Source: the human T2T-CHM13v2.0 reference genome, Homo sapiens. From it: a stretch of 64,000 nt of DNA. The stretch is taken from NCBI RefSeq assembly GCF_009914755.1, contig NC_060926.1; one strand, written 5' to 3'. This document shows, in pieces, positions 12,676-25,971 of the stretch; the first letter of the stretch is position 1; each line of letters opens with the position of its first letter. Under the pieces are notes generated by a model, which made no database searches, was not told where the DNA came from, and saw nothing but the letters and a program-made list of their open reading frames with translations. The translations under genes and the position numbers were made by a program.

Positions 12676-13689
12676 TTTGATTCTGTTGCTTTATTATCAT
12701 TCTAGGACAGATATAATCAGAGCTAAATGAAAATGAATAAAATTCATGTTGGGTTCAGAAGAGAATCTTCTCACCTTTTCTATTCTTTTCTTCATTCAGT
12801 GACATCTCTTCTTATTGTTCTGCTATCAAAGCCTGCAATAAGTAAAGAATCTGACACACACCATTTTTGTCTTAGTGTTAGTTTAAACACTGTGGGTATT
12901 TGCATTTTAAACATGATCTCTGATGGAAGAACAAAAGGCTTCTTCTATTTTTAAATAAATATCAAACATCAGTGAGGCGGTAGGGACTGAGCGCCTAGCA
13001 GTGGGTCACTGGAGACAGCAGTGGAGAAAAGCTCACCCCATCCAGAATCCCCTTCCTTTTCCTGCCCTGCCACTGAGCCTGGTGCCATGTATATCAGTGT
13101 CCTTGCTGTCACCAAGGGGCCTTCTTCCTGGTCAGTGATTTCCCATTAGCTTTATTTGTTTCAGTTCAGATTTCCTTTAGAACACAGTGTTTGTCAATTT
13201 TGGGGATTTCTGAGAATGTTTTAATTGTTTCTGGGGAAATTGGAAGCAATTTGGAATTTTGCCAAACACGTACTACTTATGGGATATTTTTAGCAACTTC
13301 CCACCCCGTCCCTAATGCAACCGTCTCCAAAGACTTTTGGAAGATTGGAGTAGAGAAATGCCTTTAACAGGGAATTGGGTCCTTGGATGTGGGGAATTAG
13401 GAAGCCAGTGACAGTGATGATAAATGAAGAAAGAATGGACTATGGCTGCTCTTTCAGGCCCTTTTGGGAGAAAATAATCATTTGCACTGGTTACTATTGT
13501 TGACAAATCGGTTGCCTCTAATCAATTATGAGTGCCTGTGATTGTTTTCTTAGGATAAATTCTGTAATGGAAAATCATGGCAGGGCATGCACAGATGTAT
13601 ACTTCATAATCTCTGACTTTAAGGAGTTTGCTATTTAGTTGTGGAGGTGAGACATACACACCAAAAATTCACTGATAACACAGACAAGT

Positions 13690-13870
13690 ATAAGCCCCAA
13701 AGGAGAGGAAAGGATGACAACTGCTGTAGAAGATTAGGGAAGGGAGAACTCACTGCAGCCTGGGTGGTTAGAAAGAACTTGGTGATGGGGATGGATGCAG
13801 GACTTGCTGTGACTTTGAAAGATGACTGAAGGGTAAATAGCATTCAAATAAGTGGAGAAGGAGGAGTGGT
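13690..13870 (-). mobile_element. L2 fragment
   Basis: Purine-rich tgctgtagaaga...cagcctgggtggttagaaagaactt...gactttgaaagatga resembles antisense L2. Confidence 0.5.
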
Positions 13871-15334
13871 GGGAAGAGATTACTTCAAGTGAGCAAAATA
13901 AGGCTCACATAGATTTCTGAATTCTGACATAATTAACTCCCGGTTACTCAGGATTTACCCCTAAAGACTGAAGGCGGGTAGTGAAGTACAGAGGCAGTTC
14001 ATAAATGATAGGAATTGCTGGTCCAGCCTAACAGCCTGCATATGCAAGAGAGAGAGATGTGAACAGTTGCCAGCCTCCCCAGTTTACAGGTAAAGATGCC
14101 AAGGAATCAGTGGAGAAGGAAGAAATGGAGCCAAGACCTTAGTGATTTTCACCTCTAAGCAGCTTCTCCACCATCTTCTCTCCAAGACCACATTGCTTCC
14201 CTCTATATATTATAGCATCTGCCATAAACTGGAGAAAATAGGAACATAGCGCATCAAGTGATTATCTGGAAGAATGAGAAACCCACATTCTCTCCAGCCC
14301 ACGCAAACTAGTTAATGGCTCCAGGCAGACATGCTGGGGATGCAGGAACCAGCCTGCACACAGATACGTGGCAGCCAGGGAGGTGAGCACGTTCAGTTTT
14401 ATTGTGTGATTCATTTCCTCTCCCCAGCTGGTGCATTGGAGAGGGCTCTGCAGCTTGCAGCCAAATGACTGCAGTGCTCCAATGAGGGGCCTCTCTGTGT
14501 TGTACCGACGTGAGGATTTTCCCCTGCCTGCCTAACACAAGCACTGGAGCTTGTAATCACAGGGCTGCAGGGTTATGAAGTGCTTGTCATGCCTTCCATT
14601 ATGAACACGCATCATAGGCTGCAGTATATCCCGACTGGTGGTAAGCGCACAAGAATGCCATCTGTTCCAGAGTGGCTTTGCTTCTACACAATGCAAATTG
14701 ATTAAAGGTCCACTTAGTCACATGTGGAAGGAAAAAAGGGCCACTGAAGGATTCCAGATACTGGAAAGCAGCTGAAATTCAATGACCAAAGAGCGTCAGG
14801 AATATGAGGGAAAATTTTATGTGATTCCGCTGACAGAACTCAACTTGGCTAATTAGCTTTCTGCAAAGATGTAAGAGAGCAGTTCAAATTCCAGGAAGCA
14901 TGTTGGTAATTGCTGTTAATGCTGAATTGTCAGGCCTTCTCTCTCGCTGGAAAGAAGACTTCGTCTGGGTGCTAGAATCTCAGTTCTCTTTAACATGGCA
15001 GCATGTGGACAAATCCATGTGTTTTCTTATTGATTCTTTGGTGAGCTAGGTGCTTCAGTGACTAGTAAAGACAGAAAATGCCTGCCACCGTTATTTGAAC
15101 AAACATAAATAGGCATCTCAGAAAAATTCCAAAATGTAGAGATTAGTCTTTGCTACCAGGAAGAATAAAATTATAACACCACGAAGAGCAAATAAAGAGC
15201 AAACCTTATTCTTTTCTGCTTAGAATTTACTTCATGGGGATAACCACAGTTGTGCACAAAGAAACAGCTATAATTTGTTCATTGTAATATAAGAATTCCA
15301 AATTGTAAATAACCAAAATAGAAACAATAAGCGA

Positions 15335-15336
15335 TT

Positions 15337-15402
<66 letters not shown>
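15335..15402. repeat. (TTTC)17 tetranucleotide STR forming the Alu tail
   Basis: 17 uninterrupted units counted. Confidence 0.98.
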
Positions 15403-15404
<2 letters not shown>

Positions 15405-15690
15405 TTGTGAGGCGGAGTTTCATTCTTGTTGCTCAGGCTGCAGTGCAATGGCGCGATCTCAGCTCACCAAACCCCCTTCCGAGTTCAAGTGATTCTCCTG
15501 CTTCAGCCTCCAGAGTAGCTGGGATTACAGGCATGCACCACCACGCCTGGCTAATTTTTTTTGTATTTTTAGTAGAGATGAGGTTTCTCCATGTTGGTCA
15601 GGCTGGTCCCGAACTCCCTACCTCAGGTGATCCACCCGCCTTGGCCTCCCAAAGTGCTGGGATTACAGGCGTGAGCAACCGTGCCCAGCC
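15335..15690 (-). mobile_element. AluSp-like
   Basis: Sp-type diagnostics TTTCTCCATGTTGGTCAGG and CTCACC; TSD GCGATTTCTT/GGGATTTCTT. Confidence 0.93.
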
Positions 15691-16029
15691 GGGGATTTCT
15701 TAAGTTACGGTAAATCCACTGAAAGGATCACCAGTCTATTGTTAAAAACATGATGTATTAGAAATATTTAGGGACATATTCATGATTATAGCCTTCAATG
15801 AAAATAAGTAGGTTCTAAAACATTATGTACTTTGAATTCTGTTTGGAGTCTGTATTTGGAAGATATTCACAAAAATATGAATAGTGGTCAAGTCACATTG
15901 TAAAACTCACACAGTATTTTGTGTGAAACGTAGCCCCAGGGTTGTGCAATGCGGTGGTCCTAATGGGTTATTCTAGGTTGTGGGATTACAGATGCCTTCT
16001 ATTTGCTTGTCCTGGATTGCTTATTTTAT

Positions 16030-16161
16030 TTTTCTTTCCCCTCCCCTCCCCTCTTGCCTCCCCTCCTCCCTCCCCTCCCCTCCCATCCCTCCCTCCCTGC
16101 CTCCCTTCCTTCCTTCCTTCCTTCCCTCTCTCTCCCCTTCCTTCCTTTTCTTTCTTTCTTC
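16030..16161. repeat. Polypyrimidine (CCCT/CCTT) low-complexity tract
   Basis: About 130 bp almost entirely C/T. Confidence 0.9.
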
Positions 16162-16306
16162 AAAACACATGACTTTAATTTTTTCTTATGATAAAAATGA
16201 TAAAACGTGTCAAACAAAGAGAGTTTGCATTGAACCCAGCACCATTTTAGACACAGAATCATAAAACTAGGAATGTCATGCTTTCTTCACTATACAGTGA
16301 AATAAG

Positions 16307-16500
16307 CAGCACTTCTCAAACTTGAGCATGCATCAGAATCACCTGGAGGACTTGTTAAAACACCGATTATTGGGCCCCAGCCCTGGAGTTTGTGATTCAG
16401 TAGGTCTGGGCTGGACCTGGAGGACATACAATTCTAACAAGGCCTTGCTGCCGCTGCTGCTGCTCCTGCGGGCCCCAAGGCCACTTTTTAAGCATCACTG
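16307..16500 (+). mobile_element. MER5A
   Basis: CAGCACTTCTCAAACTTGAGCATGCATCAGAATCACCTGGAG...GATTCAGTAGGTCTGGG...CACTG. Confidence 0.9.
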
Positions 16501-17349
16501 ATGATGACTATGATTTGGTAGAAAGGAGACGCTGGTACACTGGGTCTTAGCTCTGTTTTCAAAGTTTTGTGGCGACACAGTTTTTAAAGCCTCAGCTCTG
16601 ATCACCAGCGTTCCACAACATCTTCCCTTATCATTCCAGGTAACTTCATGTAATACAGACACTTGACTTGTGACTTCTTTTCCAGGCCCAGGACAGAAGA
16701 AATATAGCAGACTTAAAAGCTTTTTTTGGACTGATTTGTTTTGTGCCTCTGATTTTTATTTAATTTTTATTGTATTATCAGCATTTTGTGAAATGCTGAT
16801 AGTACAATAATTCTTCATTGCAGGTCCAACATGAGGAATACAAGTATATTTAAGACATTATGATAAGATTTATTTGGAAAAATATTGCAAGTTTCTGGTC
16901 TACGAGAAAGGCAAAAAATCTGTGCCTTTATGCATAACCAGTTCTACTGAGTTATGTTAATGGATTGTTTAATACCCGAAAGAGTTTAAATGAAGATTTA
17001 GACAAAGAAGTGCTGTTGTACTTAAATTTATGATATACACTGTCTTAGATTTGTATATACTTTGATATTTGGTAATGTACCAACATTCACCTGCACATAT
17101 TTTTTCATTTTTTTGACAAAAGCGTTCATGAAGACTTGGGGATATATTACAAAGATAAGAATTATTTTCTTTTCTTTGGAGATGTACAGTGAAGGGTACA
17201 TACCAATCATAATGGGATGTTTTGAAGGCCAGGATGATGATACTTTGTATTTATCTATTGCTCTGCTTTTTTAAAACAAAGCAATAGTTCCCTCCTCTTC
17301 TCAATCAAATGAGGTAGGCTGGATTGTATGTTATTTGTGCTTACTTGTA

Positions 17350-17480
17350 TGGATTGAGAAATCGAGGCTTGCAGTAGTTTAGTGACTTGCCTAAGATCGT
17401 TATTGCCTTGGATGGTGGTGAGCTGGGACTTAAACCCAGGTATTGTGACTCAAGGGTTTTTCCTCCTGTCAACACATGCT
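17350..17480 (-). mobile_element. MIR fragment
   Basis: gagaaatcgaggct...agtgacttgcctaagatc...gagctgggacttaaacccagg. Confidence 0.7.
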
Positions 17481-17606
17481 GCTTTGTGTTAACCAACTGG
17501 TCAACTCTTTTAGCCTTTTGAGCCTCCTACGGGAATAGTAAAGACAAAAAGCCATTACCTACTCAGAAAGCCGTGTTGTAGAGTTTCTTCAGAATTGTGC
17601 TGGTAG

Positions 17607-17995
<389 letters not shown>

Positions 17996-18841
17996 GATAG
18001 TCATAATTTAAAAAAAAAGAATAAGGATTTTTTGAAGTTGTCATTATCATAGAATTTTATTATAGGGCATTATTGTATAATTATTAATAGAAACAATTAT
18101 GAAATGAAGTCATTTTAAGCACCAGACTAGGAACAGCCTAATGCTTTCTAACTCTGAGAAGGGATTTTACATTTAGAGGAAAGTTCTTTTATTTTTGTTC
18201 TTTGGTGCTCTTCTCTTCCCATGAAATTTGCATCGTAAGTGCCTGGGTGATTTCTTGGCAAGAGCTCTGCAAAGCAAAGGCCAAGTGTTCCGCTGGGAGA
18301 AGGAGAGTTAAGGAGGCAGCCCAGGACTGTTTAGACTTTGCTTAGTCATAGTTTATGAAAAGTGCATGTCTCAACCTTGGATAGTTGCAAAAGCCAAGGG
18401 AGGTAGCTCCTTGGAAGAAAAATGTCAGTTTTCAAGATTGCTTTGACAGGAGGTGCCTTGGCAACTGGGCCAAACATTTCTTAAGGACATGTGGATGCTT
18501 GGTGCATCTTGGGAAAGAAATATTTCACAGCAGACATTTGTATAATACCTTCTTTGAATTCTGAGAAAAACTGGAGACATTGAAAGCTTTTCATCTTAGG
18601 GTCCCCACAGACATGATGTCCAAATGCCAGGAATAAAGTCCTGAAGCTAAGATCAGAAAGGTCCACGGTGAGCTATAGTTAAATACGTATTGGCCCGTGA
18701 TGCCATCCCAAGGGTGTTGATGGGCTAAGTCCCCAGCCAGCTTGCTGCAGACACAAAAAGAACCCCAAATGGTGTTGCCAAATCTCTTCCTCTGTGAAGA
18801 AGCTTCAGTGAAACTTGAGCTTGGTCAGTGGTTGAGGACTT

Positions 18842-19215
18842 TGTCAAATAAAAACAAATCTGGACTTAGGTAAGGAGAAACTTTATTCAAAGAGGCTATT
18901 GTAATAGTAAGCTCCCTAATCTCAGGATCTACAGACATCTCAAAACCAAACAGAAAAAGACATTTGTGGGATGGGGTAAGCAGGGATAGCAGGAACTTAG
19001 TAGGGGAAATTGGGCAATTAGGTGGAGGTAAACAGACAGCAAGATGGTGGTTTGACAGGTTTCTGCTGTCATCGGCCCATTCTCAGGATGGGCTATTAAG
19101 TACTGATGTTGTGTATTTTAGTGCTAGGTCAGGCTTGGAGGGAAGCCAAAGTTCAGGGATCTGTGGGGAGAAGAGAAGACTGACTGAAGTTTGGTCAAGA
19201 CAAATCAGTGCATAA
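18842..19215 (-). mobile_element. ERV1-class LTR fragment (MER89/90/92-like)
   Basis: TGTCAAATAAAAACAAATCTGGACTTAGGTAAGGAGAAACTTTATTC (antisense AATAAA near the LTR end) and ctgactgaagtttggtcaag. Family uncertain. Confidence 0.55.
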
Positions 19216-19284
19216 GACTGTGGACCACTGAGATTGTGTGGTCAGCTTGGAGATCTCTGGGAAGCTGTCATAGAAAGTCTGTCA

Positions 19285-19425
19285 CAGCCATTCCTGAATG
19301 TAGGTCCTGAGGCTGGCTGCATCTGGGGGCTCACCAAAAACACAGAGTCCACCTCTGGGAATCTACATTGTAACAAGCTTCTCCAGATGATTCTCATGTT
19401 TACCCAAGTTTAAGAATAAATACTG
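19285..19425. mobile_element. MER5-family fragment
   Basis: ggaatctacattgtaacaagcttctccagatgattctcatg...caagtttaagaa. Confidence 0.6.
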
Positions 19426-19449
19426 CAAACAACAATCGATTTAATCAGG

Positions 19450-19605
19450 ATACCTGATTTAGAGTGGCAGATATGCTACTTATTAGCTGGATAATTAGAT
19501 AAGTCAAGTAACTATATTTAGCTTCAGCTTCCTTAACTATAAAATGGGACTATTACCTGCTTCAAAGAGGCATTGTGTGGATTATATGATGCTAACATGA
19601 AAGAT
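19450..19605 (+). mobile_element. MIR fragment
   Basis: ctacttattagctgg...cttcagcttccttaactataaaatggg. Confidence 0.6.
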
Positions 19606-19655
19606 TCCACCAGGAAACAGGGAAGAAAATTTTAAGCACTAACTTATTATCATAG

Positions 19656-20033
<378 letters not shown>

Positions 20034-20060
20034 TGTTTTCTTTTGTTTAAAAATAAATTC

Positions 20061-22600
20061 TCATTGGTCTATATGTCTGTTTTGGTACCAGTACCATGCT
20101 GTTTTGGTTACGGTGGCCTTGTAGTATAGTTTGAAGTCAGGTAGCGTGATGGCTCCAGCTTTGTTCTTTTTGCTTAGGATTGTCTTGGCTATATGGGGTT
20201 TAATTCCATATGAAATTTAAAATAGTTTTTCTAATTCTGTGAAGAATGTCAATGGTAGTTTGATGGGAATAGCAGTGAATCTATAAATTACTTTGGGCAG
20301 TATGGCCATTTTCACATTATTGATTCTTCCTATCCATGAGGGTGGAATGTTTTTCCATTTGTTTGAGTCCTCGTCTTATTTCCTTGAGAAGTGGTTTGTA
20401 GTTCTCCTTGAAGCAGCCCTTCACATCCCTTGCTAGCTGTATACTTAGGTATTTTATTCTCTTTGTAGCGATTGTGAATGGGAGTTCATTCATGATTTGG
20501 CTCTCTGCTTGCCTATTGTTGGTGTAAAAGAATGCTTGTGATTTTTGCACATTGATTTTGTATTCTGAGACTCTGTTAAAGTAGCTTATCATTTCAAGAA
20601 GTTTTTGGGCTGAGATGATGGGGTTTTCTAAATATAAAATCATGTCATCTACAAACAGAGACAACTTGACTCCCTCTCTTCCTATTTGAATACTCTTTTT
20701 TTCTTTCTGTTGCCTGATTGCCCTGGCTGGAACATCCAATACTATGTTGAACAGGAGTGGTGAAAGAGGGCAACCTTGTCTTGTATTGGTTTTCAAAGGG
20801 AATGCTTCCAGCTTTGGCCCATTCAATATGATGTTGGCTGTGGGTTTGTCATAAACAGTTCTTATTATTTTGAGATATGTTCCATCCATACCTAGTTTAT
20901 TGAGAGTTTTTAACCTGAAGGGATGTTGAATTTTATCAAAGGCCTTTTCTGTATCTATTGAGATAATCATGTGGTTTTTGTCTTTGGTTCTGTTTATGTG
21001 ATGGATTATGCTTATTGATTTGCGTATGTTGAACCAGCTTTGCATCCCAGAGATGAAGCTGACTTGATCGTGGTGGATTTTGTTTGCCAGTATTTTATTG
21101 AGGATTTTCACATTGATGTTCATCAGGGATATTGGCCTGAAGTTCTTCTTTTTTTGTTGTGTCTTTTCCTGGTTTTGGAATCAGGATGATGCTGGCTTCA
21201 GAACAGAGACCTCAGTAATAACACCACACATCTACAACCATCTGATCTTTGAAAAACCTGACAAAAACAAGCAATGGGGAAAGGATCTCCTATTCAGTAA
21301 ATAGTGCTGGGAAAACTGGTAACCGTATGCAGAAAATGGAAACTTGACCCCTTCCTAACACCTCATACAAATATTAACTCAAGATGGATTCAAGACTTAA
21401 ATGTAAAACCCCAAACCATAAAAACCCTAGAAGAAAACCTAGGCAATGCCATTCAGGACATAGGCATGGGCAAAGACTTCATGACAAAATCGCCAAGCAA
21501 TTGCAACAAAAGCCAAAACTGACAAATGGGATCTAATTAAACTAAAGAGCTTCTGCACAGCAAAAGAAACTATCATCAGAGTGAACAGACAACCTACAGA
21601 ATGGGAGAAAATTTTTGCAATCTACCCATCTGACAAAGGTGTAATATCTGGAATTTACAAGGAGCTTAAACATATTTACAAGAAAAAACAAACAACCCCA
21701 TAAAAAAGTGGGCAAAGGATATGAACAGACACTTCTCAAAAGAAAACCCTTATGTGGCCAAAAAACATACGAAAAAAAGCTCAACATCACTGATCATCAG
21801 AGAAATGAAAATCAAAACCACAGTGAGATACCATCTCACGACAGTCAGAATGATGATTATTAAAAAGTCAGGAAAGAATAGATGCTGGCAAGGCCATGGA
21901 AAAATAGGAAAATGTTTTTACACTGTTGGTGGGAATGTAAATTAGTTTAACCATTGTGGAAGACAGTATGGCAATTCCTCAGGGATTTAAAACCAGAAAT
22001 ACCATTTGACCCAGCAATCCCGTTACTGACTATATACCCAAAGGAATATAAATCATTCTACTATAAAGAAACATGTGCATGTATGTTTATTGAAGCACTA
22101 TTTATAATAGCAAAGACAGGGAACCAACTCAAATGCCCATCAATGATATACTGGATAAAGAAAATGTGGCACATATATGTCATGGAATACTATGCAGCCA
22201 TAAAAAGGAAAGAGGTCATGTCCTTTGCAGCAACATGGATGAAGCTGGAAGCGATCATCCTCAGCAAAAAAAAAAGTAACACAGGAACAGAAAACCAAGC
22301 ACCACATGTTCTCATTCATAAGTGGGAGTTGAACATTGAGAACACATGGACACAGAGAGGGGAAACAACACACATCAGGGCCCATTGGGGGGATGGGAGA
22401 TGGGGGAGGGACTTAGAGGATAGGTCAATAGGTACAGCAAACCACTGTGGCACATGTATACCTATGTAACAAACCTGCACGTTCTGTACATGTATCCTGT
22501 TTTTTTTTTTGTTTTTTTTTTTTTAGAAGAAATAAAGAAAAAAACATAAAACAAGAAGGGACAAAAATAAAGAGTTATAGTTTCCAACTAAAAAATAAAA
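20061..22600 (+). mobile_element. 5'-inverted, truncated L1PA8A-like insertion (inverted part 20061-21200 on minus; direct part 21199 to about 22545 on plus)
   Basis: Antisense ORF2 RT joined to sense ORF2 C-terminus and 3' UTR. The 3' end GTATCCTG(T)nAGAAGAAATAAAG is L1PA8A-like. TSD AAAAATAAATTC (20049-20060) / AAAAACAAATTC (22603-22614). Confidence 0.92.
20317..21123 (-). pseudogene. LINE-1 ORF2 reverse-transcriptase fragment (268-aa open frame, non-functional)
   Basis: [49 protein letters not shown] (FADD changed to FVDD); short in-frame deletion after ILAN; lies in the inverted L1 segment. Confidence 0.9.
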
Positions 22601-23754
22601 TTAAAAACAAATTCCATCCCTCTCAGCTAGCAGGCCTTGGCCTATTGCGTCCAACTGTGAATAGCTGTCCACTTAGTCCAACGTGCTGTAGGACTATTGA
22701 TTTCTATGTGAACTGGGGTAGGGAAAAGATTGAGAATCTGAATTGGACAGGCTTCTGAGATTTTATGATTCTGAATGGATCTGGAATCAGAATCCATCTT
22801 TTGGTATTTGGTCCAGTGTCCTATAAACTGTAAACTTTTTGTATAGGCTCATAAATCCAGGGCTTATCTGGATATAAGAATGATGTACTCAGAGCCATAA
22901 TTTCTCTGGGAGGTAGAGTGCAAGAGGTGAGCGATAGAACCTTGGCAGTAGTATAATGAAACTCATGCCCTTTTTCAAGTATCTATTGCTGTTTTTGTTT
23001 TTAGTTTTCATATTAGGTTCTTTGTTTTTGATAGTGTAATTGTTTCATAACAGAAGGAAAAAAGAACTAGTGTCATGGCAGAAACTTCGATCTGAGCAAG
23101 CATTTTCACCACTGATTTTACCTGCCATTTGGACTTTCTCCAAGGCTTCCCCAACTCATGTATTCATTGTGTGGAGAAGGGACAAAGTACTCAGGAAGTC
23201 ACAGGAGCAAAGAAAATATTTTCCTAACCATAACACTATGAGTCTGTCTAGTGTGTGTCCTTTTCCCACTTCTTTTCTTTCTCATACTTGTTTTCTCTCC
23301 TTCCCTTTCCCTCTTTTCCCCTCTCACCATAGTAGCCGCTAGACTCTAATGATGAACAAAGCATAATCCTACTCTGCAGGAGCTTAAAGTCTAGCCACAG
23401 TTTTAAATGGAGCTTGGAGTATGAAATGGATTCGTGTGGCTTCACTTCCCCAAGGAACATTGGGCCCATATGAAATAGAAGCGTTTAGAAATAGATAGCG
23501 TTTAGAAGGACTAGAAGCCATTATGTGTGGGATACAGAGATCTCTACTAAAGATCAACCTGAGACCTACCATTGAGTAAATGGATGACTTGGAATTATAT
23601 TTTTGAAACTTATATCTTTTGAGTCTCTAAGAATCCTGTGATATGTGTAGCACAGGTGTTATTAGAGTGTCAAATGAAGTGTTGAATACAAATCCCTGAG
23701 GATTATAAACTACATTACAGGAAGAAAGTATGTATGTCAGTAATGAGAGTCCCA

Positions 23755-24186
23755 GTTCATAGCAGCAATAGTCACAATCACCAAAAGGTGGAAACCACCC
23801 AAATATCTATCCACCGATGAATGGATAAGTACAACACAGTATATCCATGCAATGGAATATTATTTGGCCATGAAAAAGAATAAAGTACCGATATATGCTA
23901 AAACATGGATGCACCTGAAAAATGTTATGAAAGGTCAAATATGATATAGTTCCATTTACATGAAACATTCAAAATAGGTACATCTGTGGAGACAGAAGAC
24001 TAATGGTTTCCAGGAACTGGGGGGAGGACGAAGCAGGGAGTAACTGCTTAATGGGTGTAAGATTTCCTTTTAGAGTGACGAAAATGTCTTAGAGCTACAG
24101 CTAATGGGTGCACAACATTGTGAATGTACTAAATGCCACCGATTGTACTAGTTGCCACTTAATTTAATCTCAAAAAAAAGAAAAAG
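23755..24186 (+). mobile_element. L1MB 3' end
   Basis: gttcatagcagca...aaaaggtggaaacc...gatgaatggataa...cacaacattgtgaatgtactaaatgccac, A-tail; AATGAGAG repeated on both flanks as probable TSD. Confidence 0.88.
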
Positions 24187-24671
24187 AATGAGAGCACACG
24201 GAGCATTCATTCTTTAGGATTTTGAGCATGCCATGACAGTGAATAACTTACTATTGCTTTTAATGAAGAAAGGCCTGGGTAAAACTTATAGGAGTTCCTC
24301 CCGTACTGGAAAATTATGTTTCCTTTGAGTGGCTTGTGTTATAGTCTGTAGATAAAATGTTCCCCTTTGCCTTGCGCTGCTGTTCCTGGAGCCAGATTTA
24401 TTTCAGGGAATGAATGGCATTCCTTACTGAATCTGGAAAACCTGTTCTTATAACAAAGGCAATTATCTTTGCAACAGCTTGGGAGTTAATTTGACATCAA
24501 GATTTTTATTTTTGACTGTTTAGCCTTTGTTTCTGGATTGTTTACTAGGTGAATTATTCCCTGATAAGGTGAAGATAGCCTCCTTAATTTATCTCCTGAT
24601 GTGATGTGACTGTTGCTATTTCATTACTCTGCTTTGTAGGTCAGGAAGTCAGTGCCCAAAGAGTAAATATA

Positions 24672-24996
24672 CAGTCATGCATTGCTTAGTGATGGTGATG
24701 CATTCTGAGAAATGTGTAGTTAGGTGATTTCAGTCTTGTGTGAACATAATAGAGCACACTCACACCAACTTATGCTATACATCTAGGCTGTATGATACAG
24801 CCTTTTGCTCCTAGGCCACAAACCTGTACACCATGTTATTGTAGGGAATACTGTAGCCAATTGTAACACAATGCTAAGTATTTGTGTATCTAAACATAGA
24901 AAAGGTTCAGTAAAAATACAGTATCATAATCTTATGGGACCACTGTCACATATGTAGTCTGTCATTGACCAAACATCATTATGCAGTGTGTGACTA
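24672..24996 (+). mobile_element. Tigger3a (MER7A-type) DNA transposon
   Basis: TA|CAGTCATGCATTGCTTA...GCTCCTAGGCCACAAACCTGTACA...GTGTGACTA. Confidence 0.9.
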
Positions 24997-25971
24997 TTAT
25001 GTAATGTGTGACTATAATTTAATGGACTCTACCCAAGGCTTTGCTAAGGTGAAATAATGGAAAAACGGTTCACTAAATGATGACTGATTATCTCAAAGTA
25101 CATGCACAGGCTCACAGAGTCTTCCAGGGCCAAAAACATTAATCTAGAATACCAAGTCCTGGCTGGCTCTCTATTGTGAAACCTTATTTTTAACACTTTG
25201 AAAAGAACACATCTAGTCATTGTATATATGGCTAATTTTCTGCTCTCTTGATAGCTGATTATATTTTACTGGAATTTTCCTTTTCTTTTGAAGGGCTTTT
25301 CAAAAGCTCTGTCTAATTTCTGGTCTTTTTTTCTTAAAAAAAAAAAAGATTTCTCTTTACTAGAAAAAAAGTGTCCCATATTTACTGGAGTTATAGTTAG
25401 TGGCAGAACCCATGGGGAGGATGAATCATACCGGAGAGGCTTCTAGTTATTTCCAAAGCAGTAGCAATGGTGGTAAAGTGCTGATTTGTTCTCTCTGTAA
25501 CTTAAATAAATCCCAGTGTCTCAGGTGGCCCAGTGTATGTTGATACTGCATCACAGAAACAGCAGTCTAACTACAGAAGACTTGAAGACCCTTGAAGGGT
25601 CTTTTTTTTAAGCCTTAACTTTCTTTAGAAGGACAGTATAGGTACTTATTGCAGTATTCCACTCAGAAGCCTTCCCCAAAGTCAAACTTAGCAATCTTCC
25701 TTTCTTCATAGTTTCCAGTTCATGGCAGCTGCTCCAAGTCTCTCCTCTCTGCCTGTGGCAATCTCTCACTGTTGCGCTGACCCCCGTTCCTTTGGCTTCT
25801 CCTCTGCTGTGACCTTATGCCTCTGTCCTCTCCTCTAAAGCCTTTATTCTCTATAGATGGCCCTCCCTTGAGTGCAGCTCCCTGGAAAGAGAAAGGGTGT
25901 GTCTTTACCTGTCCCATTCCCTGGTGCAGGTCTGTCCCCTACCCCATTCCCTTCCTGTTCCCAGGCTTCTA

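Noticed and set aside
20317-21123. Longest ORF (268 aa, reverse transcriptase) as a novel or domesticated RT gene
   Set aside because: Ordinary L1 ORF2 fragment in the inverted part of a truncated insertion, with no promoter or endonuclease domain, an internal deletion and a frameshifted end.
21304-22469. ORFs of 72, 74 and 171 aa
   Set aside because: Frameshifted pieces of the L1 ORF2 C-terminus.
25585-25609. AAGACCCTT-G-AAGGGTCTT hairpin followed by a T-run, like a rho-independent terminator
   Set aside because: Primate nuclear context with no upstream gene or Pol III promoter; short palindromes like this arise by chance.
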